A stretch of 55,884 nucleotides of DNA, filler included, from Porpidia crustulata (Eukaryota), in assembly GCA_964255105.1 (NCBI GenBank). It is 6 parts of 6 records of this genome, joined end to end, with 100 filler letters (N's around TTAATTAATTAA, not from the genome) between each part and the next. Parts side by side here need not be neighbours in the genome. Positions count along the whole stretch, not along the records: positions 9,353 to 18,592 come from CAXUWE010000971.1; positions 18,693 to 27,927 come from CAXUWE010000972.1; 4 more parts are not named here. One strand, written 5' to 3'. A model generated the notes under the pieces. It was not told the DNA's origin. It ran no database searches and worked only from the letters and a program-made list of their open reading frames with translations. Position numbers and translations under genes: made by a program. Below, piece after piece: positions 11,950 to 23,824 of this stretch. Positions within the stretch are counted from its first letter, which is position 1. Each line of letters opens with the position of its first letter.

Positions 11950-12180
11950 AGATTGTTGCTGGGAGGAAATTCTTACTAGGGGGTTCTTGCTAGGAGGAAC
12001 TTCTTGTTAGGGAATTCTTGCTAGGAAATTCCTGCTAGGAAACTCTTGCTATGAGATTGTTACCAGGAGGAAGGCCTTACTAGGAAATTCTTACCAGGAC
12101 AAGAATTTTGCTAGGAGGGGAGTTTTGGTCGGAGGTTCTTGCTTGAAGGAGATTCTTGCTAGGAGGTTCTTGCTGGGAGG
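11950..12180. repeat. Degenerate tandem array, ~15 units of 14/17 bp, core TTCTTGCTAGG(AGG)
   Basis: Units read directly: aaattcttactagg, gggttcttgctaggagg, aacttcttgttagg, gaattcttgctagg, aaattcctgctagg, aaactcttgctatg, aaattcttaccagg, agattcttgctaggagg and others. Confidence 0.8.
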
Positions 12181-12411
12181 AGGCGGGCGGTCCTCGTCGC
12201 TAAGACTAGCGCGGAACAGAGGTTATAGAATACTGATCAGTATGAAATAGCTGGCGGATAATTGTATACACCTTAGGGGAGTGTAAACTCAACCAAACCT
12301 TCCGCTCCTATGATGCCATCAACTCGCTTCTCGTAGTGTAGTAGCCTTCATCTGTGAGATGTCGTCCACTTTTGGTGCTGCTGGTGCGCGGAAGCGGCAA
12401 CCTTCCCTTCC

Positions 12412-14303
12412 CTAAGGAACATTAGCTTCCCTATTTCTGGGAAAGTCTTTACAGCACAACTTAAATAAGACCGTAGCGACCTCTGCAACATTCCCACAAT
12501 AGCTCGTGACGTATTCCTGGATAACATTTTCACTGATTCCTTCTGAGGAAAGGAAATATTCCCGCATTGAACGTGGCTCTTCCCAGGTTGAACGTAGCTC
12601 TTTACTCTCAACAAAGGTGAAGACGTTCTTGTAAGAGTTAAAAAGGGCCTTTCGTCCAGTTCTGGTAACGGGTATCCAGCTATGACCGGGAATAAATATG
12701 TTCTGCCTGTTCAGCGATAGCTGTCGGCCAGGAGTGTTCCCCATAAGCACTTGCTGGCTTTGCACTTCGATAGGCGCTGTGCTGGGAAGCCGACGTGTTT
12801 CCTCCTTTTGGCGTTTTGTCCGGGATATTGTAGAGGGTCGTCGAGGCTTAATTCATCGGTAGATGTGTCCGAATCGATTGACCTTCCTACTCAGCTCGTG
12901 ATAGTGTCCTGAGAATTCGAGTCATCAAAGGACATCGTATCCGTAGGTTGCGCACTCGCGACTGCGTTTGCCTGATCTATGAGTATGTCTCTCTGCTCTC
13001 TTGCAAGATCTCTGGCGTTTCGGAAAGCGCCAACGCCTTGTCGGAAATTATTGACGTTTCCCGTAAGAGCATAAGAGTCCAACTGAGTCATATGATACTG
13101 CGGAGATTTGCCTGGACGCGAAGGCTGAGTGAGATGATGCGAGTACATCTTGAGTTGACCGTAATGATACGTGGAAGAGAACGTGTAAGCCTTGTTATCG
13201 TATGTCTGCTCGGCCTGTCCGTAGCATTGAAGAGCATGCATTGCTCGAGCTCCCATGACTTCGATATAACATGCTTGCATCGTCTTTTTGGCTGCTGATC
13301 CATCGGGGCCTTTCGCTTCGAGAAAGAAGTTCGGTGCGGCCGGATAAATGTCTTTCGTTGACGGGACGATCTGATGGTTCAAGTCTTGCCTAATTCGTCC
13401 GTCGATCTGCCCTGGTCGTGCTCCCCAATAAAGGTCGGGCTTGGGCTTTTTGAATACATTTGGGCCATGTCGTCCATGTTCCTAAATGGTATATCTCCGG
13501 CTGAGGGGTAGTCGCGCCGTTTCTCGCCTAAAACGATGGGGAGTGCCTCCGTAATCACGTCGTTTTTGTTTCTTGTTTCCGCTTCAATCTGACAGAATCT
13601 GTCGAATGCGTCATCCGAAAATCTAGAGGGAGAAAGCGACGGGCGTGGATTTGCGAGTGCGTCTTGCGCCTCTTGCCAATTTCCTGGCTTGTCGCGTTGG
13701 CTAGGCATATATATTCCATGATCGACACACTTTTGTTCGAAGTCACGATCGTAAGCCGACGATCTGAGACTTTGGCCGGTACTAGAGGTGTAAGAAGTAT
13801 TGCTCGACTTGCTCGACCGCTTCTTGCCATGGGACCTGGATCCGTGAGAACTCATAGTATTGGAGGATGAACGTGAAGGTTCTAGACACTGATAAACTCT
13901 CACATAAGCCTTTGTCCTTCCCATAATTCGTTACTCGACTCACACTTCTTAAATCCGTCAAGCTTGGACCTCCACGACGGGCAAAGCGCTTGAGATTCTT
14001 TGAAGACGCGGCCGTCAGTTGCGTTATATCAATAGGCGATTTATTGCAAGGCCAAAGGCCCACGTCCGTTGCACACGTCTGCTCACGATCTCGTACACCG
14101 TTTCGTCTGTCGAACTCCCAAAGCGCTCGCGGGGTTAGGCAGACTTTGCTGAGAGTATCCCAGAATCGGTCTCGGACAGCGTGTCGTACTTCTCGTGTGT
14201 GTTTGTCGACTCTCTGTCGCTTGCTCGAGATGTGAGAGATGTTGTCCGCTTCACAAGTATCTAGGGATGACCGTTTCCGCTTGCGAGGAGGAACAACCGA
14301 CAT
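12412..14303 (-). pseudogene. Disrupted gene of a fungal accessory family with a PD-(D/E)xK nuclease-like C-terminal domain
   Basis: FWDTLSKVCLTPRALWEFDRRN, LKRFARRGGPSLTDLR, SSAYDRDFEQ, PRPSLSPSRFSD, KPDLYWGA, PNFFLEAKGPDG, QACY..GARAMH, FRNARD. A 1-bp deletion near 13462 shifts the frame. An in-frame TGA at 12891-12893 precedes the SDTSTDELSLD tail. One intron at ~13943-13890. Confidence 0.75.
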
Positions 14304-14566
14304 CAAATCTGATTGATTGCAGGACACGAATGTCGAAGGAAAGAGGCCATCAGAAGGCGAAAAGCGCTTTGCGACCTGCAGTGCATGAACGTGTCAACCA
14401 ATCGCGCTCTCAAAGTTAGCGCGGGGAGGAATTGTTTTCCCGGGATCCTTGCTAAGCGCCATGGTTATAACGTAAATACATACTAACTTCCAAACTGAGG
14501 ATTGGATGGGAAGTCAACAACTTGGGGTTATCTAGTAATGACTCAGAGCTGCATGGAGGCACTACC

Positions 14567-15403
14567 ATGTCATCACTTCTAGAGCTTTGTGAGTCGCAGG
14601 GTCTAGAACAGATCTTACGTTCGGATAATTCAGATTCGGGGTTTGCATCTCTCGAACCCCGCCTGCAGCAACTACTATTCAATAGACTGCGGACGGAGAA
14701 TGCTCGTCTACGTGAGGTAGAAAGGCGGTGGCGTCTACTGACGATGCATTGTCCATATCTCGACACTCAGATCCATCTAAAGCCCACCAGGATTGAGCCT
14801 GGCGGTGAGGAAGACGAACAGAATGGCTACAATCAGCAAACAGTGTTCCTACGCCAATGGTCATACCTTGTCGAAGATGGCTACGACAGCGAAAATGGTG
14901 ATGGAAAATACACCGAAAGTCGTACTGGAAATTTTATTAGAGATATTGATAGTGTCGAAGCGAATGAAGGCGAAGGCAGCGTTCCAGAGCTTGTCCGTGA
15001 CACAAGATGGGATTGTTCTAATCTCGTTTCTCAATCGCCGGATTCGGAGTTAAGACTATGCTTCCACCATAATGTTGTGTTGACTCGGTGCTCCTGTCGG
15101 CCAAAGGGGTACGGCAGATTCTCGAATCGCCTGTCGTCCCAGCTTCTCCTCTACCGACTTACTGTCATTTTTGGCATGCCACCACCGCAAGAAGTAGACG
15201 GCTACAAAACGTGCTGGGAAGCGGATCTCCAATACAATGATGGTGCTAGTTTATTGAGCTTCCAAGATTACAAAGGGGCGGCTGATGCAAGATTTCATGG
15301 GACCGCTGAAGCTAGTGTTGATGCTTTGAAGCTCTTGAACTTCTTGATTGGAATGAACTGCCCGCATACTTATGATGGGATAGTGGCAGGCACCATAGCA
15401 TAA
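14567..15403 (+). CDS. Hypothetical protein, 278 aa, intact ORF
   Basis: Uninterrupted ORF from ACCATGT (good start context) to TAA, with a globular-looking C-terminus (LLLYRL..FGMPP..DGYKTCWE..F.DYKG..HTYDG.VAG). Confidence 0.7.
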   Translation: MSSLLELCESQGLEQILRSDNSDSGFASLEPRLQQLLFNRLRTENARLREVERRWRLLTMHCPYLDTQIHLKPTRIEPGGEEDEQNGYNQQTVFLRQWSYLVEDGYDSENGDGKYTESRTGNFIRDIDSVEANEGEGSVPELVRDTRWDCSNLVSQSPDSELRLCFHHNVVLTRCSCRPKGYGRFSNRLSSQLLLYRLTVIFGMPPPQEVDGYKTCWEADLQYNDGASLLSFQDYKGAADARFHGTAEASVDALKLLNFLIGMNCPHTYDGIVAGTIA

Positions 15404-15984
15404 GATTCGAATGCAATGATTTGGCGCGGGAATGTGCATCAGAGTGTGCAATCTCTGTCAGTATATCCAGATAAAGGTCCTGCAATTCTTCAGGGAGAGC
15501 ATGTCTTCGAGGTTGCTGAATTTTTGGGGCCTAGTTGCCTGGAGGCAGAGATGGTTGAGGTGAACAGGGGAACTTTTTGTGAATCCCATCAGACCTACTG
15601 GATCTTATCATCGGTCCGGTGGTCAGGAGGACACGTCAGACTGCTTGCTGGAGGCACCAGTAGACCATACGCAGCAATAGAGCATTCTAGAACAGCATAC
15701 CATAGATGAAGGGAGTCAGGAATAAGAAGGATAATAAAGCTATGACTGTTGGCCGCGAAAGGCTTTTGGTCAAGGTCTAAGGGGTGTTCGCCGTTTGTTT
15801 AAAATTCATAAAAGGTTCGATTCCTATTGGCGCTGGTACAATGATGTTGTGGTTTCATTATTCTTGGGGGTCCATTTGCTAAGCGCCACTTAACCACTGA
15901 TTTTATTTAACCGGAGAATTACTGCAAAGTCCCCACCACCCTCGCCTGGTCTTTCATCCATCTTGCGGCCGCGACTGTCGTTCA

Positions 15985-17165
15985 TACCGAGGTGGTACGT
16001 GCTTTGATCATCTATGAAGGACCTTGTGAGCAATCTCTTTCTCGCGTACTGTGTGATTCGCTAAGTGCACGTCCAGGACCTTCGAATCAACAATAAACAC
16101 CGTCTAATACGGAGGCTCGGAGATGGCATCTTCGGAGCTGTCTACCGTGGTACGTGCAAAAAGGTCGTGGAATATTTCGTAGGACTGACCGGAACACAGC
16201 AACGGATTTGAAGACTGGAGAAGAAGTGGCCGTCAAGCTTGAACATCACAGCATTGATCCATCATTGCTCCGTGATGAGTTTGAGATCTACGAGTCACTC
16301 GCTGGCGGAAAAGGGGTTCCCAAAGTCTACTGGTTTGGACGGGAAAGTGAGTTTCCGAGCAATGGTATTCGAGATCCTTGGTCCGAGCCTGAAAGATCTC
16401 TTCAATTACTGCGGCCGGGTTTTCTCGCTCAAGACCGTGTTGATGCTGGCAGATTAGATCATTGCCCGACTATAGTGTCTTCAGTCGAAGAATATTATTC
16501 ATCGAGATATCAAGCCGGAGAACTTCTTGATGGGAATGGACGGAAACGGCAACTGTGTGTACGCAACCGACATGGGACTTGCGACGGAATTTCTCCCTCA
16601 CGAAGCACCATCACCTGCGTTTGGGTCGCAATTTGACTTGCTGGGCACCGCGAATTTCGCCAGTGTCAATGGACACCGCGGTATCAGTAAGCGCACATAG
16701 ACTTGTCCCCTGATAAGTGAACCTGCTGACCGTTCCCCAGAGCAGTCTCAGGGTGACGACATGGAGAGTTTGGGATACATGAAGCTTTACTTTCTTAACG
16801 GTCGGCTTCCGTGGCACGGATTAAGAACAGATTTTAAGCAGCAGAAATATCAAAGAATCATGGATCAAAAGGCGAGCACTAGCTTGGACGATCTCTGTAG
16901 TGACGTGCCTAATGAGTTTAAGAAGTGTATGTGTTATGTCCGGGCTTTGGGTTTTGGTGGCAAGCCAGATTACTCTAGGCTCCGACGCATGTTCCGTGAT
17001 CTCTTTGTTCGCCGTGGGTTTGAGTACGATTACCTGTTTGACTGGACTATTCTGAAGTACATGGAGTCTTTGCAACAGCAGTCCCAGGAGGTAGAGTTGG
17101 GTTCAGAAACCACCACTTTAACAGCGAGATCGACTTCACCCGGGCACAAATCTCCCACAGCCTGA
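15985..17165 (+). pseudogene. Casein kinase I (Hrr25-like paralogue) pseudogene retaining introns
   Basis: [97 protein letters not shown]. Frameshift near 16355 and TAG stops at 16455 and 16473. No intact ATG in the first exon. Confidence 0.88.
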
Positions 17166-18592
17166 TTCGCGGTCCGGCAGGGTTTCAAGCTATCGTACGG
17201 GGAACATACGGGGATTTTAGACATTTCTGTTAATGCGGACAGCCGGTTTCGTCGGTCACGAATGTAACGCCAACGCCAGAGTCGTTCCCGGCGCTGTTAA
17301 TATTTGTTCAGGTCGATACGGTCCGGTAGATTATGCCGGGCAAGGAGGTCACTATCTAATGCAGTCTCGGGGGACTTTCGCATCAGCATAAAGATTGTCA
17401 GTGATGCACTTGCGACCGGCCGTGATCTTGGTGCAATGGCTCAGCGGATGAGTGCACGCGCGTGACGCGTTCTCACCATCCCAATCAAGGCTAGTTGGTG
17501 TAACCCTAACCCTGGGCTTGATGGTCCGTTGAGGGGTGAGAAGGAGTAATCATGGGCTAATTATAGAAAGTAGTCGCTTTGCGTGACGTCTCTATCAAGT
17601 TGTACGTCTAGCCTTTAATCCATGCACCGGCAGTCCTTGGGAGGGCGACAATCTGACTTTGAAGGCAGACTTAATAGAAGCAACTAAAACATGGCCGAGG
17701 GTTGCCGTACCGATAGCAGATCGTACAATTACACCCTGCCCTATTTCCTATTCAGAAGAAGAAGTTGCAAATAGATGGACCAACCTCTCAAGAGTAAGCG
17801 GTTGATGTCCCATTTGGTACATCTCCCCTTCGGACACCGCGGGTTTCGGTTGTCTTATTGCTGTCATTTCTAGCGCAAAGCTGATTTGCATGCTGTTTTC
17901 AAAGTTGTCGTCATAGCGCCAGATGTTCTCTTGCATTACATTGCACATAGAGATGTTAAGGAATGGGGGCGTTTCTGTTCCCTCATATTTGCCACTCAGC
18001 AGGAGTGCCTTTTAGCTATCCCAACCTCAAACATCAAGGCAGGGCGAGTGGGGTGGGCATGTGAAGGGTGACGATAGTATAATTCCAAAAGCCGCCATAG
18101 TCCTAATTTGATGGGTCTGAGTGGAGGGAAGATGCTCGTGCCATAAAAGCAGCGCCTAGCACGTAACTCGCAAACGAGATGTGTGAGATAGAGAAGTCTA
18201 CTATAAGCCTAGATGTCGACTCGAGTAACACTCGATCGAAATTAGTTTTGAATATCCACAAAAAGCATTCAGAGCTGATAAAGGTCTAGGAAACGCAAAT
18301 CAGGCAAGCACATCGCGAGTAAGCGTTGTCTTTTGCACGCTATCTATCGGCGTTTTAGCATCCTCCGCCTTTGTCCTCATTGACCAGTGTGCAGAGGCCT
18401 CTGGGTCATGCCTAATTCTTGTGTCTTTTGATCTTTCACAGATTATCGGATAAAGTTGAGCCGATTCTAACCGTAACCCTTATGCATCAAACCGGTTTGA
18501 GAATGCCAAGACTTGCTTCGAGAGAGACATCTCGTATGCCATCTAGCTTTTGTAGATTGCGTGGCATAAGAGTCATCTCCTTTGTCCAATCA

Positions 18593-18692
18593 NNNNNNNN
18601 NNNNNNNNNNNNNNNNNNNNNNNNNNNNNNNNNNNNTTAATTAATTAANNNNNNNNNNNNNNNNNNNNNNNNNNNNNNNNNNNNNNNNNNNN
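18593..18692. other. Artificial contig spacer
   Basis: N44-TTAATTAATTAA-N44. Confidence 0.98.
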
Positions 18693-19097
18693 GGCTTGGG
18701 CGTTGATTAGGTGCGCACTGATATGGGGTGGGGCGTCGTGGTTTGAGTCGAAACGAGAACCCACGGCCAGGTCACAACGTTGTATTGGATGAGATAGTGA
18801 TATCCCTGTTAAAGTACAGCACTCAAAGCTTGACCAAGGCGTTGCATAAACTTTTACTCCGTTTCTGCTTTTGCACCTGATTATGCTTCCCTCCGCTTTT
18901 ACATGTCTACCCATGGAACCAATCGCCATCAAGGAAAGTCTATTGCAATATAACGGCCATCATTAGGATCGTCACCGGTACAGCGCCGTGCACACGTTCA
19001 ATCCTGCTTTTGAACGCCATCGCTAAATGCAAGAGTTGAGTAGGTAACAAGCGTTGGTGTGCCGTATAGCGGTACACCTCAACCTTAGCAAATATAA

Positions 19098-21205
19098 TCA
19101 CCGATGCTCTGAATGAGTCCATCTCCTCTTCGGACCCTTGTCTCTATCAGGAATAGGCACAAGTGGCGGTGCGCCCCACAAACCTTGTTGGCCAACGGTT
19201 GGAGCTTGGTCGTGTTCAGCCGGAGAAGTGGTCTCGCTCGCCTCATTTTGTTCATGGATTCTATGATCAGGGTTCTCGCCCGGAATGCCAGATCTGAGCA
19301 GTGGATGATCGTTAGGAGATGGAGCACTCTTCTTGACTTCTGGGTCACTGGTCCCGTCCGTCTGGTGTGGGACAGGTTTGCTCCATAGACCACTAGGCGA
19401 GCGAACAGCCGCACTCGCGCTCCTTTGCAGGCTTCCAGTAGTATTGATTCTGTTCGCTATTCGCAATTCGAATTCCGTATTAGGAATTCCATCGCTCGAG
19501 CTGCTGGTTGAAGCGGTTGACATCGTGGAGCCAGAGCGATGACGGTAAGTTGAAACCTGTGGAGAAGACGTGCCCGATGATCGCTGTGAAAGAGATGCAC
19601 TCTTTGTATGAGTCCCAGCTCGAAGGTGTTCTGTCGATGCAGTGATTTTGACTTCGTAATTATCGGAAATACCAAGATCAATCGACGATCTTCGCCGCGT
19701 TGTACGTATAGGTGATTCTTGAGAGTAGGCTGGTTTTCTCGGATGCTCTTTTCGTACGGCCATGGTTAAGGAGGCCATGCCCACGTCTAGTAGCACGGGC
19801 TGATTGGTCAAAGCACCAATGAGAGCATTGCAGCCAGCACTATGAGTGACCAGCACTATGACTGTGTCTGTCTCCTCATCGTCGTCCTCTGCGGACTGGT
19901 TTTCGACTTTGTCTTCGTTAATGTTTCCGGGTCTCTTACATGCGTTTTGACTCCCATACCACAAAATGAGGCTGTGTAGCCCTCTTCGAAAGCGCTTGTG
20001 CATTGCACCCCACTCTTCTCCGTACTCGCCTCCACTGCCCCAATCTAAAGGAGGTCTCATACTATCCCATGCGTAATCGGTATCCATGCAGTACTCTTTC
20101 GCGTGTGCTACATAGCCTAGAGGTATTGGATCTAGGGGTGAAATGGCGTACGAAGGAGTCGGAGGCACATATGTTTCAGCATGGCTCAGGTCTGGTATTG
20201 TATCAAAACTGCTGAGCACCCTTTCAATAGGCCGGCCGCCAGCACTGCCATAATCGTTTGCTCGATCGACTCTTGGCAGGCTTTGCTTCAAGCTAGATAT
20301 GCTTGCTAAAGCCACACCACTATTATCGTTTCGTGCCGCTTCTTTAGATTCGATTTCGCCGCTTCTCCGAGCACCCGGGAAGTCACCTAAGCTTTCATCA
20401 TCTTTAAGAGATCCTCGGGTAGAGATCGCATTTTCATCTCGTCGCAGGAGGTCCGCTTTGGCTCCAGCGACCATCATCACAGAGCTTGGGGGCGGAGTAA
20501 TGGACTCGAAATAGTCTGGGGAAAGCCATTCACCCAGGAATGCATCTATACGCAGTTGTGACTTAGCAATTCGGGTTCTCCTATCGTCGGATCGGCATGG
20601 AGTTTCTTCTACATCTTCGTCCGGTTCTGGAATTGCATCTAGATGTGGCACCTTCGTATGGTCCATAGCTCGGATGTGGGGAGATCCTGAATGCATGGGA
20701 TGCGCGGAATGCATCGGGTATACTTTTGCAGCGGAGGCATGGCCACCAGCTTTGAATGGATCCTGATACTCTGCTATACCGGCGCTGATGGCAATCGAAG
20801 TTTGTACGCACCTGAGGAACGGTGAAGTATGTATGATGACCTTATGCTTCCGTCGCTTGCTTTCATGCGGCTTTGGTCTTGGGTGGGTGTCATTGTCTTG
20901 GTCTCTGCCGTCGGCGTTTGCCAAAGAAGTGTCTCTGGTGACATTGTGAGCCGCCTGTGTCCCGGCTGTAGTCTCTCGCGTGTGTATTATGCTTGCAATC
21001 CTCGTACCCAGGACTTGAGATTGCCGCCATCCACCATAGGTCAGGGGCGGATCATAAGGAGCTGGGGATGTCAGATGCCACTGCTTATTGGCTGCGTCCA
21101 GTCTAGCACCATGTCTACAATTTCATCAGCCACCTGTAAGATCCATCGATGCCCGAAGTGGCTTGCCTACCTAGCAATGATCACAATAGCTGGCGGTTGT
21201 CCCAT
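19098..21205 (-). CDS. Histidine phosphatase / phosphoglycerate mutase family protein (intron ~21170-21116)
   Basis: MGQPPAIVIIAR|HGARLD (RHG motif split by the intron), PYDPPLTYGGWRQS, HTSPFLRCVQT, LGEWLSPDYF, VLVTHSAGCNALIGALT. Confidence 0.85.
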
Positions 21206-23824
21206 TACATGTACAAGGCTACCTCACTGCAAGTTCTATGGACGTAGGTCCTGACCTTCTCGCCAATATTGCTGAGCAACAGTAGCGTGTCAACTCCACA
21301 TCTCTGGCATTGATACTTTCTGCTTTACCCCGAAGTTACCTGACAGCAGCTGGAGAGCGCAATGCTCTTCCACTCCGGACACGTGGGGAGCTGATAGTTG
21401 CTGCGAGTCCCGGGTCCTAGTGCTGCACGTCGAGCAAGCCCAAGGTCAAACGGAGATTGTCACCAGGATAGTCCCCAATATTGCTCTAATGGGATGTGAC
21501 TATCTGGGCGAGTCTTGCATTTGAGGCTAGTCCCTTATTCCGCGATCAAAGTACCCCGTCCACTCCGTCGTGCCTGTGTAAGGCTCTTCACAATGCCGTT
21601 GATTGACATGTGAAGCTTTTGTCAGCATCGAGGACAGAAATTCAAGAGCCTACGAATTGACTATGGCGACATCGTTATCGGATATCAATCATAGTCTATC
21701 GAATAGGTGGTAAGGTAGATGGTACTGGCATGGAGTTTTACAAATACGAATTACGACTTAATTGCATGCGAGCTCCCCGCTGAAACCCCTGGGCGTTTCA
21801 GACGCGATATTTGTAGGCAGTACTAAATCAATTATCAAGAAGTCGACATGAACACATGATTCGTGAGATCGATCACAGGCTTGCTACCTCTTTTTTTTCT
21901 CCAATGAGATATTCCTCTGTGGCCGTACGAAAGAGTATGCCTCAGATTTTTAAGAGACGATGAAGTTTCTCACCCCGCCAAAACCCGTTCCTATGACCAT
22001 CCGTGGAACACACGGAACACAACGTGTGACTCTGGATGCGCCTAATTGACTGGAAGCTTTGCCAGGCATCAGGCTCCCTGAGTATCCAGGTCCTGCGGCC
22101 GGGATATTTCTCTGAAAATCTAATGTACAATTTATCTAAGTTACTTGCTCCTCGCGGCATCATGGTCTTCCCTTTATGCTGCTTATCGTGCCCCCAGTAG
22201 CAAATCAGAATCAAGCGAAGAGCCTGTTTTTGGCTCCTGAACTTTATCCTCAAAGCTTGAACTTAGGCAGATATCTAGTTCCTGGTGTCTCCAAAAGGTT
22301 ACTATCAAGTCATCGTCAAATGGTACCAACTGTCAGGAACGGAGATCATGTCAATTGCCTCTTTGGCCAACCTGCGATCCCAACACCTTGCTACGTAGGC
22401 ACCTAGACTCGGTAGGCTACCTCTGACGGTGATACTGATACTTCACCTACAAAATACTCGTCAATACTTTGCGCCAATGCACATGAAAGGAAAAGCAACG
22501 ATGACAAATCTCAAGCGGACTTATCAGATCACCTTGATGGACCGCTGGGCTATCAAGACCTCATGCCAACATGCCACCTTGCCAACGCAATGCGGATGAG
22601 CAATATGCGACCCCGACATCCGCCACAAACGCAACCACCACCATGGCACCATCCCTGATCCATCGCATGAATCAGGAAGCGTGAAGCGTTGCCTCGAGGC
22701 TGCTGTTAATCATAGAAGCGGACTCGCCTGCTGGCCTGCCAGTCCGTGCATGCTGACCTCGTTACACAGCACTAACGGCAATCAGGCTTGCATAGATCAG
22801 TCAATTCGCGGCTGTGATTGCAGCAATCCGTTGGTTCCTGATATCTGAAACTTTCGCATGACCGCCTGGGCCAGTAGCCTAGGCTTTGCTCACCACCCTC
22901 CACGAACAAAAAAGCAATGTGAGTAATATTGGGAGTTCTCGAGTATCACTACAAACCCTGGTTAATTTGACTTTCCCGCGAACATGGTGTACAGTGGCAC
23001 TTCGAAGGAGGGCAACCGATGTTGCCAGACCTTGGCAATGCATACAACCTTTGTTAACATTCTGTGGGAAGCGTTTCCTTGTTCAAGTGCAGGACGCTTA
23101 ACACCATACGACCAAGAAGCGACCAACCAGTCGCGTCGCTGCTACTGTATGCCTTCGGGACATGCGTATTCCAGTATGCGATCATGAGCAGGCTACGAGC
23201 GCCATCCCATATTTTGGGAACCACTCCATTTTCGATATGAGTTCCACTGATTGACCTCGCGTCAAGCATCTCTGCAGGCCATGGATGACTGTATTTCTCT
23301 TAAACTCTTCTCAGATCACCGATCTGTAGCCATTCTTTTAGTCACTTGTCACGTTCGTTTTGCAAGCAAGAAAGGCATTTAGCCATCTCTTACGTCAATT
23401 ATATCATCTTGTCTTTCTCTAACATACCCTTTGTCTGCATGATCCCAACTCTTTACACTCTCGGCAGTCCAAGTTGATACACATTCATTCCCACCCTGAC
23501 CAAATATAAGCAACAAAAAGAGCCTCTGTGAAATCTATTGTCATTACTGGATCAGGACCTAGTAAACGTTGAGATAGTCTCCCAACATCCAAAGCTACAA
23601 TAAACAGAGTCAAATAATCCGGGCTCCTGTACAGGACGGAGTTGCCTATCGATCGTTTGAACGGCAACCCCCTGCAGCACCTTACCACAGCCTATGGTTT
23701 ACCTTTGGACGAGCACCACCTTGCTTTGGTCAATCTTGCTTTGGTCAATCTTCCAAAGCAATCGAACTGTAGTCTTTTGCCGGCCTCAACCTTCAATGCT
23801 GCTTTCTATATGATCCGCTAGACC

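Noticed and set aside
11950..12180. CRISPR-like array
   Set aside because: Units are short, degenerate and contiguous with no unique spacers; eukaryotic context and no cas genes
17501..17512. Telomeric TAACCC repeat
   Set aside because: Only two copies, internal; compatible with chance
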